Assembly (NCBI GenBank): GCA_013265495.1
Contig: MU058365.1
Coordinates: 62,001-126,000 of the forward strand
Direction of reading: 5' to 3'
DNA from: Vicugna vicugna
Lineage: Eukaryota
Length of the DNA: 64,000 nucleotides
The position numbers were made by a program, and so were the translations under genes. Within the stretch, counting starts at the first letter, position 1; the number at the start of each line of letters is the position of its first letter. Below, one piece after another: positions 12,101-25,505 of the stretch. The notes beneath the pieces were generated by a model, which was not told the origin of the DNA, searched no databases, and saw only the letters and a list, made by a program, of their open reading frames with translations.

Positions 12101-15100
12101 GGTAAAGAGTAAAACTGTTTAAGCATTGGGTGACAATAAGGCAATCTATATAATCTGGATTCTACAGGAATCATTTTGGCTACACTGCGGAGAATATATT
12201 GGAGAAGAGTAGGACTGGCAAGAGATAACAATGATAGTGGGAATGGTGGGGGGCATATTTATGAGATAAGGCAAAACTGACTGAATGGGAGGGTGAGAGG
12301 AGGAGAAATCAGGGATGAAACCCCCAGAAAGAGAATAAGATTTTAGCTTTGTCTTCTAGGAGGGAGATAGAGCTGGAGAATTAAATTCAGTTTTGGACAG
12401 GTAAATCTGAGAAGCCATTTCGACACATAGATACAGCCGTTCCATTAGCAGTCAAAGCAGGAATGGAGACAGAGCTGGGAGCCATTAGCATAACTATAAT
12501 AACCAAGGTCACGGAAGAGATTGATGTTGTCTACAGACAAATAAGTCAACCAGACTTGAAAAGGCCAAGGACCAAACACCAATATTAAAGGGGTAGGCAG
12601 AGTATTAAAAAGCTCACAGAGAAGTGGGAGCCTGAGAGGTAGGAGAAAAACCTGAAAAGTATGGCTTACACTGCATGGTTGGTGTTTATTTTCTTCTTTG
12701 TTATTTCTTACTACTTTTTAATAAGAAAAAAGGTGTTTTAAATGAGTGGTATAATTTGTATCCATGTATTTCTCCACATATACATAAATGAGACAAAATT
12801 TAATGGTTTTTTTTAACCAACTCAAAGTCATTAATGATCCAGATAATTCAATATAACTGAACTATTACTATCTATAAACAATGATTTTCTTTTCTAAGTC
12901 ATTTTTAAAGTGTCCACCCTCATTACTATTGTAAACCATCTGGAAGTATTTAACTTTGCCAGGCTGCTGAGATATATGTCTCCCCCTTAAGGAGTCCACC
13001 CAGACTAAATGAATGATTGAGGAAAACACTGCTCTAAAAATGTAATGACATATAGCCCTAATAAACATTTTAAGATATTTGTTTCTTCTGGGTTAAAACA
13101 AATAGATTTATCCCTAGTATAACACAGAGAAATAAAACACAGTATTGACCCATGTAACCTAGCCAAGGTTATTCACATCTGCTATAAGATGAGTTGTAGA
13201 TTTTATTTGCAAATCATTTCAAAGCTATAAAATATCTCACCTCCACATTTTCAGAGAGATTCATTAAAGTCAGAAATCCTAATTTTATGTCATTTAAAAA
13301 TATTTTAATCTCTTGGGGGGCATTTTAGTTTAGATAAAGGAGTAAAGCAGATCATTTTCATACTAACAGCTAAATTTTCCAAATCATGGAATTTTATTGA
13401 CAAGTAATAGACTAATTCAGTGAAACAGTTCTAAAATATTGTATGAATTTATTATTGATTCTTAAGATTTAATAAATTGAAATAAAATTGTTTACATGGT
13501 TCTTTTAAAAAGTATTTATATCCCACAACAGTGATCTTTCTCATCCAAGGGGATTTTTGCCATTTTCAAATTATTATTTTTCTTTCAAAATGTTACATTT
13601 TTTTATCCTGTAAATAAATATCTAAGTACATATTTCCTATTGTGAAGCCTAAAGGGAAAAAACTCTATCCCAAATACTGCTCTGAAAAACTTTTAAGTTG
13701 CTAATTATAATTATATTTTGTCCATTTAAACCTTGATCCTTTACTTATCTAAGTAACTGCTTATCTCATGCTAATCCAAAGCGTTGAATTTACCAAAATG
13801 ATGAGATATATATATATGTGTGTATATATATATATATATACACGCTGTTCTTATTCTAAAAACTCTGAGAGAAGTAAAATACTAATAAAAATGTTCACTA
13901 TATTTTTGAAAAGTAAAATTTCAACCAGTGTATACATAAAAGTATTGAGAAGATAAGCACCTTTATTCTTTTCTTCAGAGAAACTCAGTATGTTTAGCAG
14001 CTTCATACTGTATATTCCTAAAATATTGACAGAAAATACACACTAGAGACTTACGAAACTTGTATTAAATGCAGTGTAATTTTCTTCTTACATTAGTCCC
14101 AACTGTGAAATTGGTGACTGTTTCAAGTAACTTCATTTAAGAATTTTACCACCATTTGACAAGCATGATAGAGTTTTTAAAGAATATTAAGAATTCCCAA
14201 AATAAACAGAGTGGGTACTTGAGAAAAAATGTTTACCTTCTCCAAATCAGCAATTCCAACATATTCCTAATCAAATACAAAGTATTTCCTAGGAAATTTG
14301 AGAACTCAACATTTCAAATATGTCAGGAAGAGTTTTGAGGTTTAGAGATTACATTGAGAAATGCTGGAATCATTTGTACATTAATTAGTCATTTATAAGT
14401 CTGGATCCTCAGTTTTCTCATCTGTAAAACAAAGTGGACAGAAAAATGATCTATCTCTACAGTGTCTTCCAGTATGGCTAAGTGATATGATTTTCTTTTA
14501 TAAATAATAAAATAAAAAATAAAAGCATTAAAAGTATATTTTTTAAACACTGAGGGTTTTTTGATCTGTTAAAGACCTTGAAAATACTTTACATAAACAA
14601 GCCAGCCATTTTATATCTGAATAAAAATAGGTTAATAGCTTCTGCACAAAATACTGTATACATGATGAAATCTCTGATTTAAGGTGAAATAATATTTTCC
14701 AACTTTAATTTTGCTAGTTATACTTCAAATCTAAACTTCTGTTCTCAATTAGATGGCCATTTTATAATCTGAATACTTTTTCTAGTATAAACATGTATTG
14801 AAATTAATCTTGCTTCCTTTCCACGTGGAAAAAAACACACATCTACTTACCATCTTCTTTACATAGATTTCATTTTTTAAAAAACCTTTTTGAATGGCAC
14901 ATGTTCATGGTTGCTCTAAACTAATGACTCTCTTTTTTAACGAACCTTCTCTAATGTTTAAATGCGTGTTTCTCTAATTCTGCAACTGCATTTGTAAAGG
15001 TAAGAATAGTCAAAATATAATTCGTCTGATGCTGGGACAAATTCTTCCACTTTAGTAAACATTTCTATTTTATTTTAAGCAGGAAGTTTTAAGTGTCTTT

Positions 15101-16580
15101 ATATAGTATTAAAAATGACCTTTCATAAACCCTTTCCTATGATAGTTTACAAACAGTAGGGATACTCTAAAATGTGAATACTGTTTATCTCTGGGTGGTG
15201 GTATTACACGCCATTTTATTTTTTACATTTCCCAAAAAGTATTACTACTTTGATAACCAGATAGTATTTCAAAATTAAATTTTGAATAGCTTATAAAGTG
15301 TGGGACATCAACAGAGTCCTCTTCTACAGTAGATATGTTAAATGCCTCTTCCTTATTGACAAGCTTCTGTTTTAACAGGAAGAATGATTTGATCAGGTGT
15401 CTGTTAGGTGGAATGAAGACAAAACATTTACTTTCCAGGCCCTTCTCTTAATTTAGGTTTTTGAGAAAATTCAAGAAGTGGTTTGAACTTAACTGCAGTG
15501 AATCTTGCAGTAGTAAACTTTTTTGGAGAGGCGGCGGGGTGGGGGTGGACAGAGTAACATCTTTCATTACAATTATCAGCAGAATGGCAAAAGACTCCCA
15601 CGGTTTACCAGTGTATTCAGAAACCTGTTAGTATTCTCTTTTGTCATTATTTCAGAACAATTCCATTTAGAAAGAAACACAATTGTAAACCGTTTCTATT
15701 TCAAGCCCATAAAAGCCAGAACTGGGATGAAAGGCAAAGCCTTGACCTTTCTATTTTAGACTTTCATCTGTGTAGCTAAGCCATCTGCTTTCTCTCCCCT
15801 ACCCCATCTACTTAATGGACTGAAAATACTGCACCTAATTGCAATTTTATCAAACCAGCCAGACTTTTACACTTTAACGAATTATGACTCTTTCACCTGA
15901 AGACTCTCATGCAAAATTTTGCTTACTCTTCCCTCCTCATTCCTTCCCACCTCCCTCAACTGTGAGTTATCAAACATCTTTAAACTAAGATCCTAGGCTT
16001 CTGCGTATTAAGCCATCTACACTTTCAACACTAAGAACCTGACGGAAAATCTACTCCAGTCTCTGCCCCTGTGGATCTGGGTATTATTATCGTTGCGGTT
16101 ACGCAGGAGGCACCTCGCAGCTCAGCCTAGAAAGGAATCGCGCCTCTTCGCCGCCAAACAACAAGGGACTCAAGCAGGGTAAAGACAGACCCGTGTGGGA
16201 GGAAACCTCCAGCAAAAGAAGGGAGCTGGGAAGAAAAGGGAGCTCTCAAGACTGGAAGGACCTTCCGAGGCCCGAAGGGGAAAGGGTGTGTGAAGTGGAG
16301 CTAGAACTGGGCGGCCGAGGGGAAGCAGGGGCCCGGGCCTCCCGGGGGGGACGGGGGGCGGCTCCCGGACAGGGCAGGAGGCGCGGGGGCCGCGGCGGGC
16401 GTGGGCAGCTCGCACCCGACCGCCCGAGTCCGAGCAGCGGGGACGCTTTCAACCGCGCCAGGAGCGGGTGCGGAGGGTGAAGAGCGGAGAAGAGAGCAGT
16501 GTGCGGGGCCGAGGGAACCGCGCCGAGGCCGGCGCGGCGGGGACAGCGGACCCACCCCCAGCCGAGCCCCGCTACTTAAC

Positions 16581-17026
16581 TATTTGTAGAGCTGCTGTAG
16601 GCACAGGTCCAGGCTCTCGCCCTCCACCTCCTCGCGGGTGATGCGCTCCGACAGCGGTCGCGGGAGCGGGGGTAGCGGCGGCAGCTGGGGCTGCGGCGGC
16701 GGCGGCACGGCCGAATGCCCCCGGGCTGCCGCTGCCTCCTCCTCCTCGCCCTCCGCCGCCACCGTCTCTTCCTCCACCGCCTCCTCCTCGGGCTCGGGGT
16801 CTCGCTCCTGCTCCCCCTCCTCCGTCGCGGCTACCGTTGCCGCCTCCTCCCCGCCTTCCTCGACCGAAGCCTCGGCCGCCTCAGCCGCTACCAGTTCGGG
16901 CTCGGGCTCCGACTCGGGTTCGGGTTCCGGCTCCGGCTCGCCGCCGCCGCACGGTCCGCGAAACTCGCCCAGGAATAGCTCCAGAAAGCGCCGGTAAGTT
17001 TTCTCCTCAGGGATACAGCCCGCCAT
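16581..17026 (-). CDS. PPM1E: PPM1E (Mg2+/Mn2+-dependent protein phosphatase 1E) coding exon 1
   Basis: ATG at 17026 in gcagcgATGG context; encodes [35 protein letters not shown]...[12 protein letters not shown], the recognisable PPM1E N-terminus. Exon ends in phase 2 (TA|GTTAAGT). Later exons lie outside the window to the left. Confidence 0.95.
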
Positions 17027-17345
17027 CGCTGCTCCTGCCCCGGAGCCGACCGGGAGGTGGGTGGGCGGAAGCCCACGAAGGGGAGGGGGCTGCTCTTGAG
17101 CCTCAGGCTCCGGCAAGGGCGGTTAACGGCCGCACCGGCACGGGCGATCAGCACTAGGTTGCCTGGAGAGGGCTCCCGCAGGCGTGCGCGCCGCCGAGCT
17201 CGGACGTGCGCGGCCCGGGGGCGGGGGCGGAGCGCGCCCCCCGCTCTGGTCTGGAGGGAAAGTTGGTAGCGGGAGCGTGCGCAGGGTCCAGTAGCGGCCC
17301 ACCCTCCAGCCCTACCGAGAACTCAGCCCACACTGCCTGGAGACT

Positions 17346-17359
17346 GTCGCCATGGCAAC
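17346..17359. promoter_or_regulatory. RFX X-box motif GTCGCCATGGCAAC upstream of PPM1E
   Basis: Fits the X-box consensus GTNRCC(n0-3)RGYAAC; lies 320 bp upstream of the ATG. Confidence 0.6.
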
Positions 17360-17939
17360 CGGCTCTAATTAAGAATTTCAGGGTCCCTCCCGTCGAGTCC
17401 GCGGAGTCGAAAGGGCACTCGACTCGCCCGCTTTCCAACTCTGAATGTCTTCATTGTACAGACATCCTAGGCTCAAGTGCATAAGAATGGACTAAGACAT
17501 CTCCACGTCGAACTATTGGTTCCCACTTGGACTGGATTTACTTGTTTTCCATATCTATCATGCTTTGCCTTAGGGTCCTTATCTGTTGAAAGATATCACA
17601 GTGTGAAAACCTTTTGCTGTTGATGACACTTATTTAATAAGTAGTTTGGGGGAGAGGGCATCCAATACCTACCAAGTGGAAGATTTCTTTGCCTACATTC
17701 TTTCATTTGATTCTATGAAAGTGGTGTTTTCATTTTTCAAAAAAAGTAAACGAGATTAAGTACTTCTCTTGCTTCAAGGTGTCAAAGCTACTAGCCATGG
17801 GATTGGAATTAGAAAACTCAGGTTGTCAGCCTCCAAAGCTCTTCTAGATTCTTTTTCCTTTTCTCTGCTTCTGAAGATTCAGCAGTGTAATATATCTATA
17901 AAGCCTTATTTTTAAAGGGCTTTATAATTTAAAGTTGTT

Positions 17940-18130
17940 TTCACCCCTTTAGTCCTTACAATAGCATCTCAAGGTAGAAGACATTACCATTACAATTCCA
18001 TCGTACAGATGAGAAAACAGCCTAAAGGATGCTGTGATTTTGCTCAAGGTCACACATAAGTGAAGCAACAAAGACTAAATCCAGGTCTTTTCACTGCAGA
18101 GCCATCAGTTTTCCAGCACACCAAGACACC
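17940..18130 (-). mobile_element. MIR SINE
   Basis: Reverse MIR core: tacagatgagaaaacag...ttgctcaaggtcacaca. Confidence 0.65.
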
Positions 18131-19820
18131 TTTCTTTACTGTCTGTATAATACATATTATACTTTATTACACAATATGTATTTTTTGGTACATTTTGTTT
18201 GCTCTTCTTCCTCATCCCCCTGTGCCTCTTTTCTTTCATTTGTGGACTGAAACTGAAACGATTTTATTCTAATTTTCTTACCAAACTACACACAAACCTA
18301 TTATTTTCTAGCCTTACTGAGGGGAGTGGGAGAGGGAGAAGCTGTTTTGTTATACAGCTGTATAGATAATAACATCATTACTGCATACTGCTATGTTCAT
18401 GGCAACATATAATTCAGCAAAAACACAGTGATTCTTTCTCTACTTTGAAAAACATGTTCACAAATTATCCCCCCCATCCTCTCCATTTATTGTTTCTGGG
18501 TTTCAGTTGGATTTAGGGTCTGAAATGCCATTTCTAGTCAGTTAATGGCAGAAGAAGGAGTCTCCCTGCCAACTGATTTCATATAACACTGTATTCCAAA
18601 TCCCTGACCTGATACTGTTATTTTAAGATTAAGTGGGTTGATCTCACAAATGTACACTATGGCATCATGTAAAATAGACATCCATTCTCTCTCCTAGCTT
18701 GAGGTTAAATAATACATGATACAAAATGCATAGTGAGTAATGCATGAGTCCTTCATAACTATTTATTTTTGTCTCAAAGGTAAATGGAAAGATCCAATAA
18801 ATAAGTCTGTTTCCAGACAAGCTAAAAGTATTTATATGTGTTGTATTTAAAACATCATCAGTGTGGAACAACTTCTTTATGAAATGCCAAAAAAGTCTTT
18901 AAGCTCCTCATTTGTCTTTGTTTTCAATCCACCTGTTCATTTCCACTTCAGAATGTCTAGAAAAGATTGACAAAACTTACAAGGCTACAAACCTAAATGT
19001 CCACAATTTTACATTCCAACAACTATTTAATATCTCAGAACTTGAAATGATGACATTTAGTTCAAGAGTACATAGCTGTCAACTGTAACAATTCATATCA
19101 AGCTACACCTTCCTACTTTGTAATGTAGTTGCCTCCCTCATCTAGATGACATTTATTTGTGACACTAATTTATGACTCAACCCACATATCAAAGATAAGT
19201 GTTATATATTGGGGAAACATTACTACTAAGAGTAAAAGAAAAAGCACACACCTCCATATTACAATAAATGAGAGGTGTGTTTGCTTATATTAATAAAGAT
19301 ATTCCTTCACAAAAGACCAATATGGATCCTAATGCATCCATTTGACAGAGTAGCTTTGCCAGAAGGTTGCTGACAGCAGTGCAGGGATCTCAGAGCAGCT
19401 GTGTAGGATGATTTTGCCATTGTCAAGAAGTCTTTTTAGTCATTATTTTGTACTGCTTTACTTTCCTTTTTAGTTCCTTAATCCCCTTTCTTGCTATCTA
19501 TTTAAAAATATTGAGCTATGAAAAGCTTATGTATCAAGTACATTTAAATTTTTTTAAGTTTTTTTTTAGAGATTTGTAGTAAGAATTGTTCTCACTCTAA
19601 CCCGTAACTCTTTGGAGGAAATGCACTTGTCCTTTCATGGACATTCATGGTAATGATGATACTTATAAGATTAAAAAGAATTGTTGTTATAGCACAGGGA
19701 ATTATATTCAGTATCTTGTAGTAATGTATGGTGAAAAAGTATATGAAAATGAATACATGTGTGTTCATGTATGACTGAAGCATTATGCTGTACATGAGAA
19801 ATTGACACATTGTAAACTAT

Positions 19821-19821
19821 T

Positions 19822-19853
<32 letters not shown>

Positions 19854-19877
19854 TACACACATACACACACACACACA
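19821..19877. repeat. (TA)n(CA)n microsatellite
   Basis: Directly visible. Other dinucleotide tracts at ~13806-13842, 20015-20048 and 45209-45260. Confidence 0.9.
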
Positions 19878-20559
19878 AAAAAAAGAAAGTTAAGAAAAAA
19901 ACGGATTGCTGAGTTGGGCAGCTTCTTATCATGTGATGCAGTAATTCCCCTCTTGGATATTTACCCATGAGAAGTGAAAGTATGTCCACCAAACACATGC
20001 ACTCACACTTCACATACACATATACACAAACACACACACACACACACAAACCCTTATATATAAATGTTTATAATAGTTTTATCCACAATAGCTCAAACTT
20101 GGAAATAACCCTGATGTCTATCAACAGGTGATGGATAAACAAATTGTCATATATGCATACAATGGAATACTACTCAACAATAGAAAAAAAAAAAACCCTG
20201 ATGAACACAGCAACATGGATGAATCTCAAAAATAAGCTGAGTGAAAAAAATCCAGGCACAAAAGAGTACATACTACATGATTCCATTTACATGAAATTCT
20301 AGAGTAGGCAAAACTAATTACAGTGACAGAAAGCAGATTAGTGATTGCCAGGGACTGAGGTGGGATGGAGGATTCATGGCAAAAGAGTAAGATGGAACTT
20401 TACGGGGTGATCAAAATGTTCTATATCTTGACTGTGGTTATATAAGTGTATTCATTTGTCAAAATAAAAAGTGTACATTTTAAGCAAGTGTATTGTACGT
20501 AAATTATACCTCAATAAAGTTGATTTTAAAAATTAAAAAGAATTGATTAGTTTAGTCTT

Positions 20560-21355
20560 TTTTTTGTGGTTCTCCTATACATTCCTTCTCCTATCTTGTT
20601 CTCCTCTGTATTGTAGGGGTGCTGACCTTTTTATGTTGTATTCACCAGGTTCCTTGACAGCTGACTTCCAGCTGAGATTCACCCAGTGGGAGGCATCAGC
20701 AGGAAATTAGAAGTGGGAGGAAAGGAGAAAAGCCAGCATATTTCTTCCATCCCCTCCCTCAGTCCTAATGCTTGCTGTCCCTCCTTTACAGCTTTGCTCC
20801 CCCTGAACATGTCCACTGGGATTCCAGCTGTTGCCTGTGACACCAGTCCCTGAGCTCCAGAAACATCATTTTCCGTTTGTCCATTGGCCTGGAGATGGTA
20901 GCAGTTTTTAGCTTCCGAATCTTGCCTGCTGTGGGCTGAATATTTGTGTTCTCCCCAAATTCCTAAGTTGAATCCTAACCCCCAAGGAGATGGTATTAGG
21001 AGGTGGGGCCTTTGGGAAGTGGTTAGTGAATGGGATTAGTGTCCTTCAAAATGAGGTCCAAGAGAGACCCTTCTCCACTTCTGACATGTGAGAACACAGT
21101 AAAAAGACATGCTGTGAACCAGAAACTGAATCAGCCAGAGTCCTGATTATGGACCTCCTAGCCTCCAAAACTGTGAGGAATACATTACTGTTGTTTAGAA
21201 GCCACCCAGTTTACGGTGTTTTTTTTAATAGTGTCCCAAACAGACTAAGACACTGCCTTCCCTTCCCTTTTGGCTTTTTAGCTCGTCTATCTCTTGTGTA
21301 ACCAATTTCCTGTATTCTATGACCTCTGATTTCTTAACTGGATCCCAATTGATAC
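20560..21355. mobile_element. Old ERVL-type LTR remnant with a nested MLT1A-like LTR (~20925-21255, +)
   Basis: MLT1 motifs (tgctgtgggctgaat...cagactaagaca) sit inside an older LTR-like sequence. Confidence 0.55.
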
Positions 21356-23339
21356 AATAACAAATAATACTTTAAAGAACTATATAATGGATTATATATA
21401 ATAGAACTATAAATGGACTAAGCTGACATTAAAACAAGTTTAGATCTTTAAAGGTGCTACTGGATGGAACACTTAGCTTACCTGAAGTTAGTGGTAAATT
21501 ATTTCCTAGAATTAAAAACTACAAATGGACTACCCGTGGCTCACAGGGAGGAAGGGAAAAATAAATCGATGGCACATGGGATTTTTAGGGAAGCAGTGAC
21601 TATTCTGTATGCTACTATAAAGGTGGATACACATCATTAGACATTTGTCAAAAACCATAGGAGATACAACACAGTGAACCCTAATGTAAACTATGTGCTT
21701 TAGTTAATAATGTATTGATACTGATTTATCAATTGTAACAAATGTATCTCACTCACGTAAGATGTTAATAATTGGGGAAACTATGTCAGGGGGACTAATA
21801 TATCTCTGATCTAGTGCCTAGGCAAATGTTTAAGGCTAGGCCTAATGACAAATGTTAAATTGCAAATATAAAAATGTGTAATTTTTCATTCACACTTTTA
21901 AAATTGAATGGAAAGATAACTAATACGTAAGTATTTTTAAGTCAATTGTGTTCTCAAAGTGACTAGTAGGAAGCAAGAGAATATCTGACAACTGAAAAAA
22001 CTGAGCACATAGAAATGTTTTCAGATGAGAACATCTTCCTCCTTTCTCCTGAGTCTACCTACCTACATCTTCTACACTCTAGATCAACAATACAACTTTT
22101 ACACCCTATCCATTTGCTGCCAAAATATTACTGTTGTATTAATTTTTATTCTTTTTCTATTGCTAATATTTCATATTTCAGGAACAGTCCACAGCTGTCA
22201 AAATTAAAATTCCCATCAGGTAATAACAAGCCCACATGCACTATTTTCACCAGCTTTAAAAAGCAAAGAAGTCCCCCAAACAAGGTCTAACTTTCTTTCC
22301 TAATGTTTTAACCATTAACCGTAATAATCTTTGTTTTTAATCTTGCATAGTTCTTTCAGGAATCAAAATTATTTCTGAACTTATTGTGGCATGCTTATGA
22401 AATAGGAAGAGGGCAGGGGCTGATGGTAATTTCTGGTGAACATACCATATAAATGGCTAACATGTGGTGTATTCATTCTATAATGAATAGCTCTTCTAAA
22501 ATGAATTGAGTCCATTAAAAAAGTCCACTTCAATATTTTGCTACTAGTTTTCTCTTTACAAAAAAAAAACCATGATGGTTGTAAAAATCTATGTTGATTA
22601 TTATCATCTAATTTTTAACTCCCTGTATATATTTATTTAGAATAAATACATGCAAAAATTGAGAGTGATATTCATCATGTTCTGTTTTAGTTAGCAGATG
22701 CCTATTATCCACTCTGGAGCATTCATCAAAAAATCCAACTGCTTTTTTAAATGAAAATGAAGCAGACAAGTAAATGTGAAAACTGTTCACAAAGGTGTCC
22801 TCTATGCTCAGATAGTACCAAATACTTTATTCTTTGCTAAGTATGGAGCTGATGGAATTGAGCCACAAGGACATTTGTGACTAGACGGGAAGATGGAAAT
22901 GATTCCATTAACCTAGAGTGCTGTAACATATGGTAATCATAGGTGGTAGAATAGCTGTGTTGGACAAGGGTAAAGTAAGCCATGTGGCACAGACATTATC
23001 AATTACCACACATGGTAACCATGCTGACACAATGTATCTTCTCCAGAAAGGAAATGATTTGGGCATATTAATTGGTTTGCTGGCTTATGAAAGAGTGATC
23101 TATAAATGACATATCTGGCACTAATACAGCACACGTGGTTTCCAGTAATTCTGCAAGTTGAGAACTATTAAGATTTGAAGAACCTCCACATACCTAAATA
23201 TCACTACAATGCACTGCAGCTATTTGCACAAAGGCAGCAAATCAAAATATCTATGCAAAATAAACTTGGGTCCTTCACATATAAAACTATTTTTCAAGTG
23301 TCTTTTTTTTTTAAAGGGGCTTTTATTCTTGCCTAGTCT

Positions 23340-23461
23340 TTTTTTGCAGTGGGGGCAGGGGGGGATTAGGTTTATTTATTTATTAATGGAGGTACTGGGG
23401 ATTGAACCCAGGACCTCATGCATGCTAAGCAGGCATGCTACCACTGAGCTATACTCTCCCC
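23340..23461 (-). mobile_element. tRNA-derived SINE (Vic-1-like)
   Basis: Same body as the copy at 9979; imperfect TSD tttcaagtgtctttt / tttcaaatgactttt. Confidence 0.85.
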
Positions 23462-23894
23462 GTTTCAAATGACTTTTTGTCACATAAAATCCTGGAATTT
23501 TGTTTCTCTGGAAAAAATAATTTCATGACTCTTGAAGGTATAAAGCCTATGGGCATGGCAGAAGTTTAAGATTAGAGCTAAACTGTACTGGGAGATGGAA
23601 TTATTTGTGTCAAATATTGGCAAAAATATTGAATTTGAAAGAAATGTGATGAAAACTATGTTTTGAGAAAATGTGATACACAAACATTCTTTCAGAAGAG
23701 AGACTGAAGGCTGAAAGATGAGTTGGGCAATGGGAGATAATAAGTGTACAGAAGAGAATGGTGTCAGAATGAAAAGGAACAGAAGAAACTAAAAGACACT
23801 CTACTGGAAGTTCTGACATTCTAAGAGGATACCTGAAGAAACAACTTGGGAACAGCCAACAACCCACCGCAGAGGCTCTCAAGTGCCTATTTTG

Positions 23895-24515
23895 GCTATT
23901 TATTGCTGCATACCACTACCTCACAACTTCAGTGGCTAAAAAAAAAAAACCACTTTACTGTATTTCACAGCTCTGTAGGTTGACTGGGCTCAGCCAGGTG
24001 GTTCTCACTTTCAGGCCTCATGAGGGTGCAGTCTGGTAGCAGCTGGTTAGAAACAAAATCATCTGAAGGCTCAATTGGGCTGGATGTCCAAGAGACTCAT
24101 TCAACACTACACTGTTTTATCAATACTGAAAATAATTGAGTAGAAAAATGACTAATTATGTAAATTACTTTCAAGATATTAATTTGATTGTGTTTCCAAA
24201 CTGGCAGTTGAGGCTGGCTGTTAACTGGGAACTCAGCTGGGGCTGTCTACATATAACATCTCCGACATAATGGCCTTAGGGTAATATGATGTCTTATATG
24301 ATAGCTTACAGTTCCAAGAGTGAGTTTCCAGTGCATAAGACAGAAGGTGCATAAGATTTTATAAACTGGTGTCTTAAATCAATAGTATTACTTCCATGAT
24401 ACTATATTAAGTCAAAGAAGTAGTAGGCCCATTCAGATTCAACAGAAGGGGACCTAACACACCATTTCTCCTGATGGAAGGAGTATCAAATAATTCATTT
24501 TAGAACCATCACAGT
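23895..24515 (-). mobile_element. Old MLT1-type MaLR LTR
   Basis: Motifs tattgctgcataccactacc...agtggctaaa and ctgggctcagccaggtggttct are typical of a reverse-oriented MLT1. Confidence 0.55.
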
Positions 24516-25505
24516 GTCATTTACCTACAAGAATTTATGACAAAGTTTAGCAACTTGAACTTAGAGGCTCAGAAATTTGAGTGTTCCACAATCTGTGTCC
24601 ATTGATGGATGACTGGATAAAGTTGGGGTATACACACACACACACACAAACACAGGAATATTATTCAGCCACAAAAATAAGGAAAACTTGCCATTTGCAA
24701 CCACATGGATGGGCCTTGAGGGAATTATGCTAAGTGAAATAAGTCACACAGAGAAAGACAAACATTGTATGATCCCAATATGTGGAATTTAAAACAAACT
24801 CATAGAAAGAAATCAGATTACCAGGGCAGGGTGTAGGGGGAAGGGTATTGGAGAAAGTGGTCAAAAGGTACAAACTGCTTGTTACAAGATAAATAAGTAT
24901 TAGGGATGTAATGTATAGCATGATGTATAGTTAACACTGCTGTATGATACATACAAAAGTTAAGAGTCAAACCCTTATGCTGTACATCTTAAATTTATAG
25001 TGATATATGTCAACTGTATCTCAATAAAACTGGGGGAAAAAATGTGAGTGTTTCAAACTTAATTACATGGAGGTATATCAACTAACACTACCAAGTCTCA
25101 TAAGAAACTGATGTATAAAAATCACAATGACAACATATGAATTTATTATGAGAATTATTACTTCCATGTAGATCAGACATTTGTATTGGTCTGGCTATAA
25201 ACAAAGAACCTGGGAAATTCAACCATCAGCAGGTTGATAATTGATGTGCATGTAACTGGATAAGAGTTCATTATGATTCAAATAATTAAAGCATCGAACT
25301 GAGGTAGGCTGATGCAACCTACCATAATTAGGATGAGTTATCAGGACCAATCTAAGAAGGACCCTCATTCCCTTGAACAGGTCTTGAGTGGTTACACCAA
25401 AGTTTGCTCCATTTCGCTCCTCCTTTTTCTACCATACTGTATTGCTTGTCAACACCTATGATGGACATATTGAAAGATTATGGCTCCATGCCATAATTTC
25501 TCAGG

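Larger units (their letters stand above)
1..16580 (-). other. PPM1E: PPM1E intron 1 (partial)
   Basis: Lies downstream of the exon-1 donor; AT-rich and repeat-dense, with no further PPM1E coding exon recognised. Confidence 0.85.
16090..17435. promoter_or_regulatory. PPM1E: CpG island over the PPM1E promoter and exon 1
   Basis: Abrupt GC- and CpG-rich block in an AT-rich background; GC boxes (GGGGCGGGGGCGG at ~17217-17230). Confidence 0.9.

Noticed and set aside
17027..17116. 30-codon in-frame N-terminal extension of PPM1E in the ORF track
   Set aside because: It starts at TTG in a poor context; the recognisable protein begins at the strong-Kozak ATG at 17026.
16170..17484. Many overlapping ORFs in the PPM1E CpG island, including the Ser/Gly-rich plus-strand ORF 16638-16997
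   Set aside because: Expected in GC-rich, stop-poor DNA; they are antisense or off-frame shadows of the PPM1E exon.
18545..19410. Protein-like translations (MAEEGVSLPTDFI..., GKWKDPINK...) suggesting a pseudogene
   Set aside because: Stop density looks close to random for AT-rich DNA and no family was recognised.
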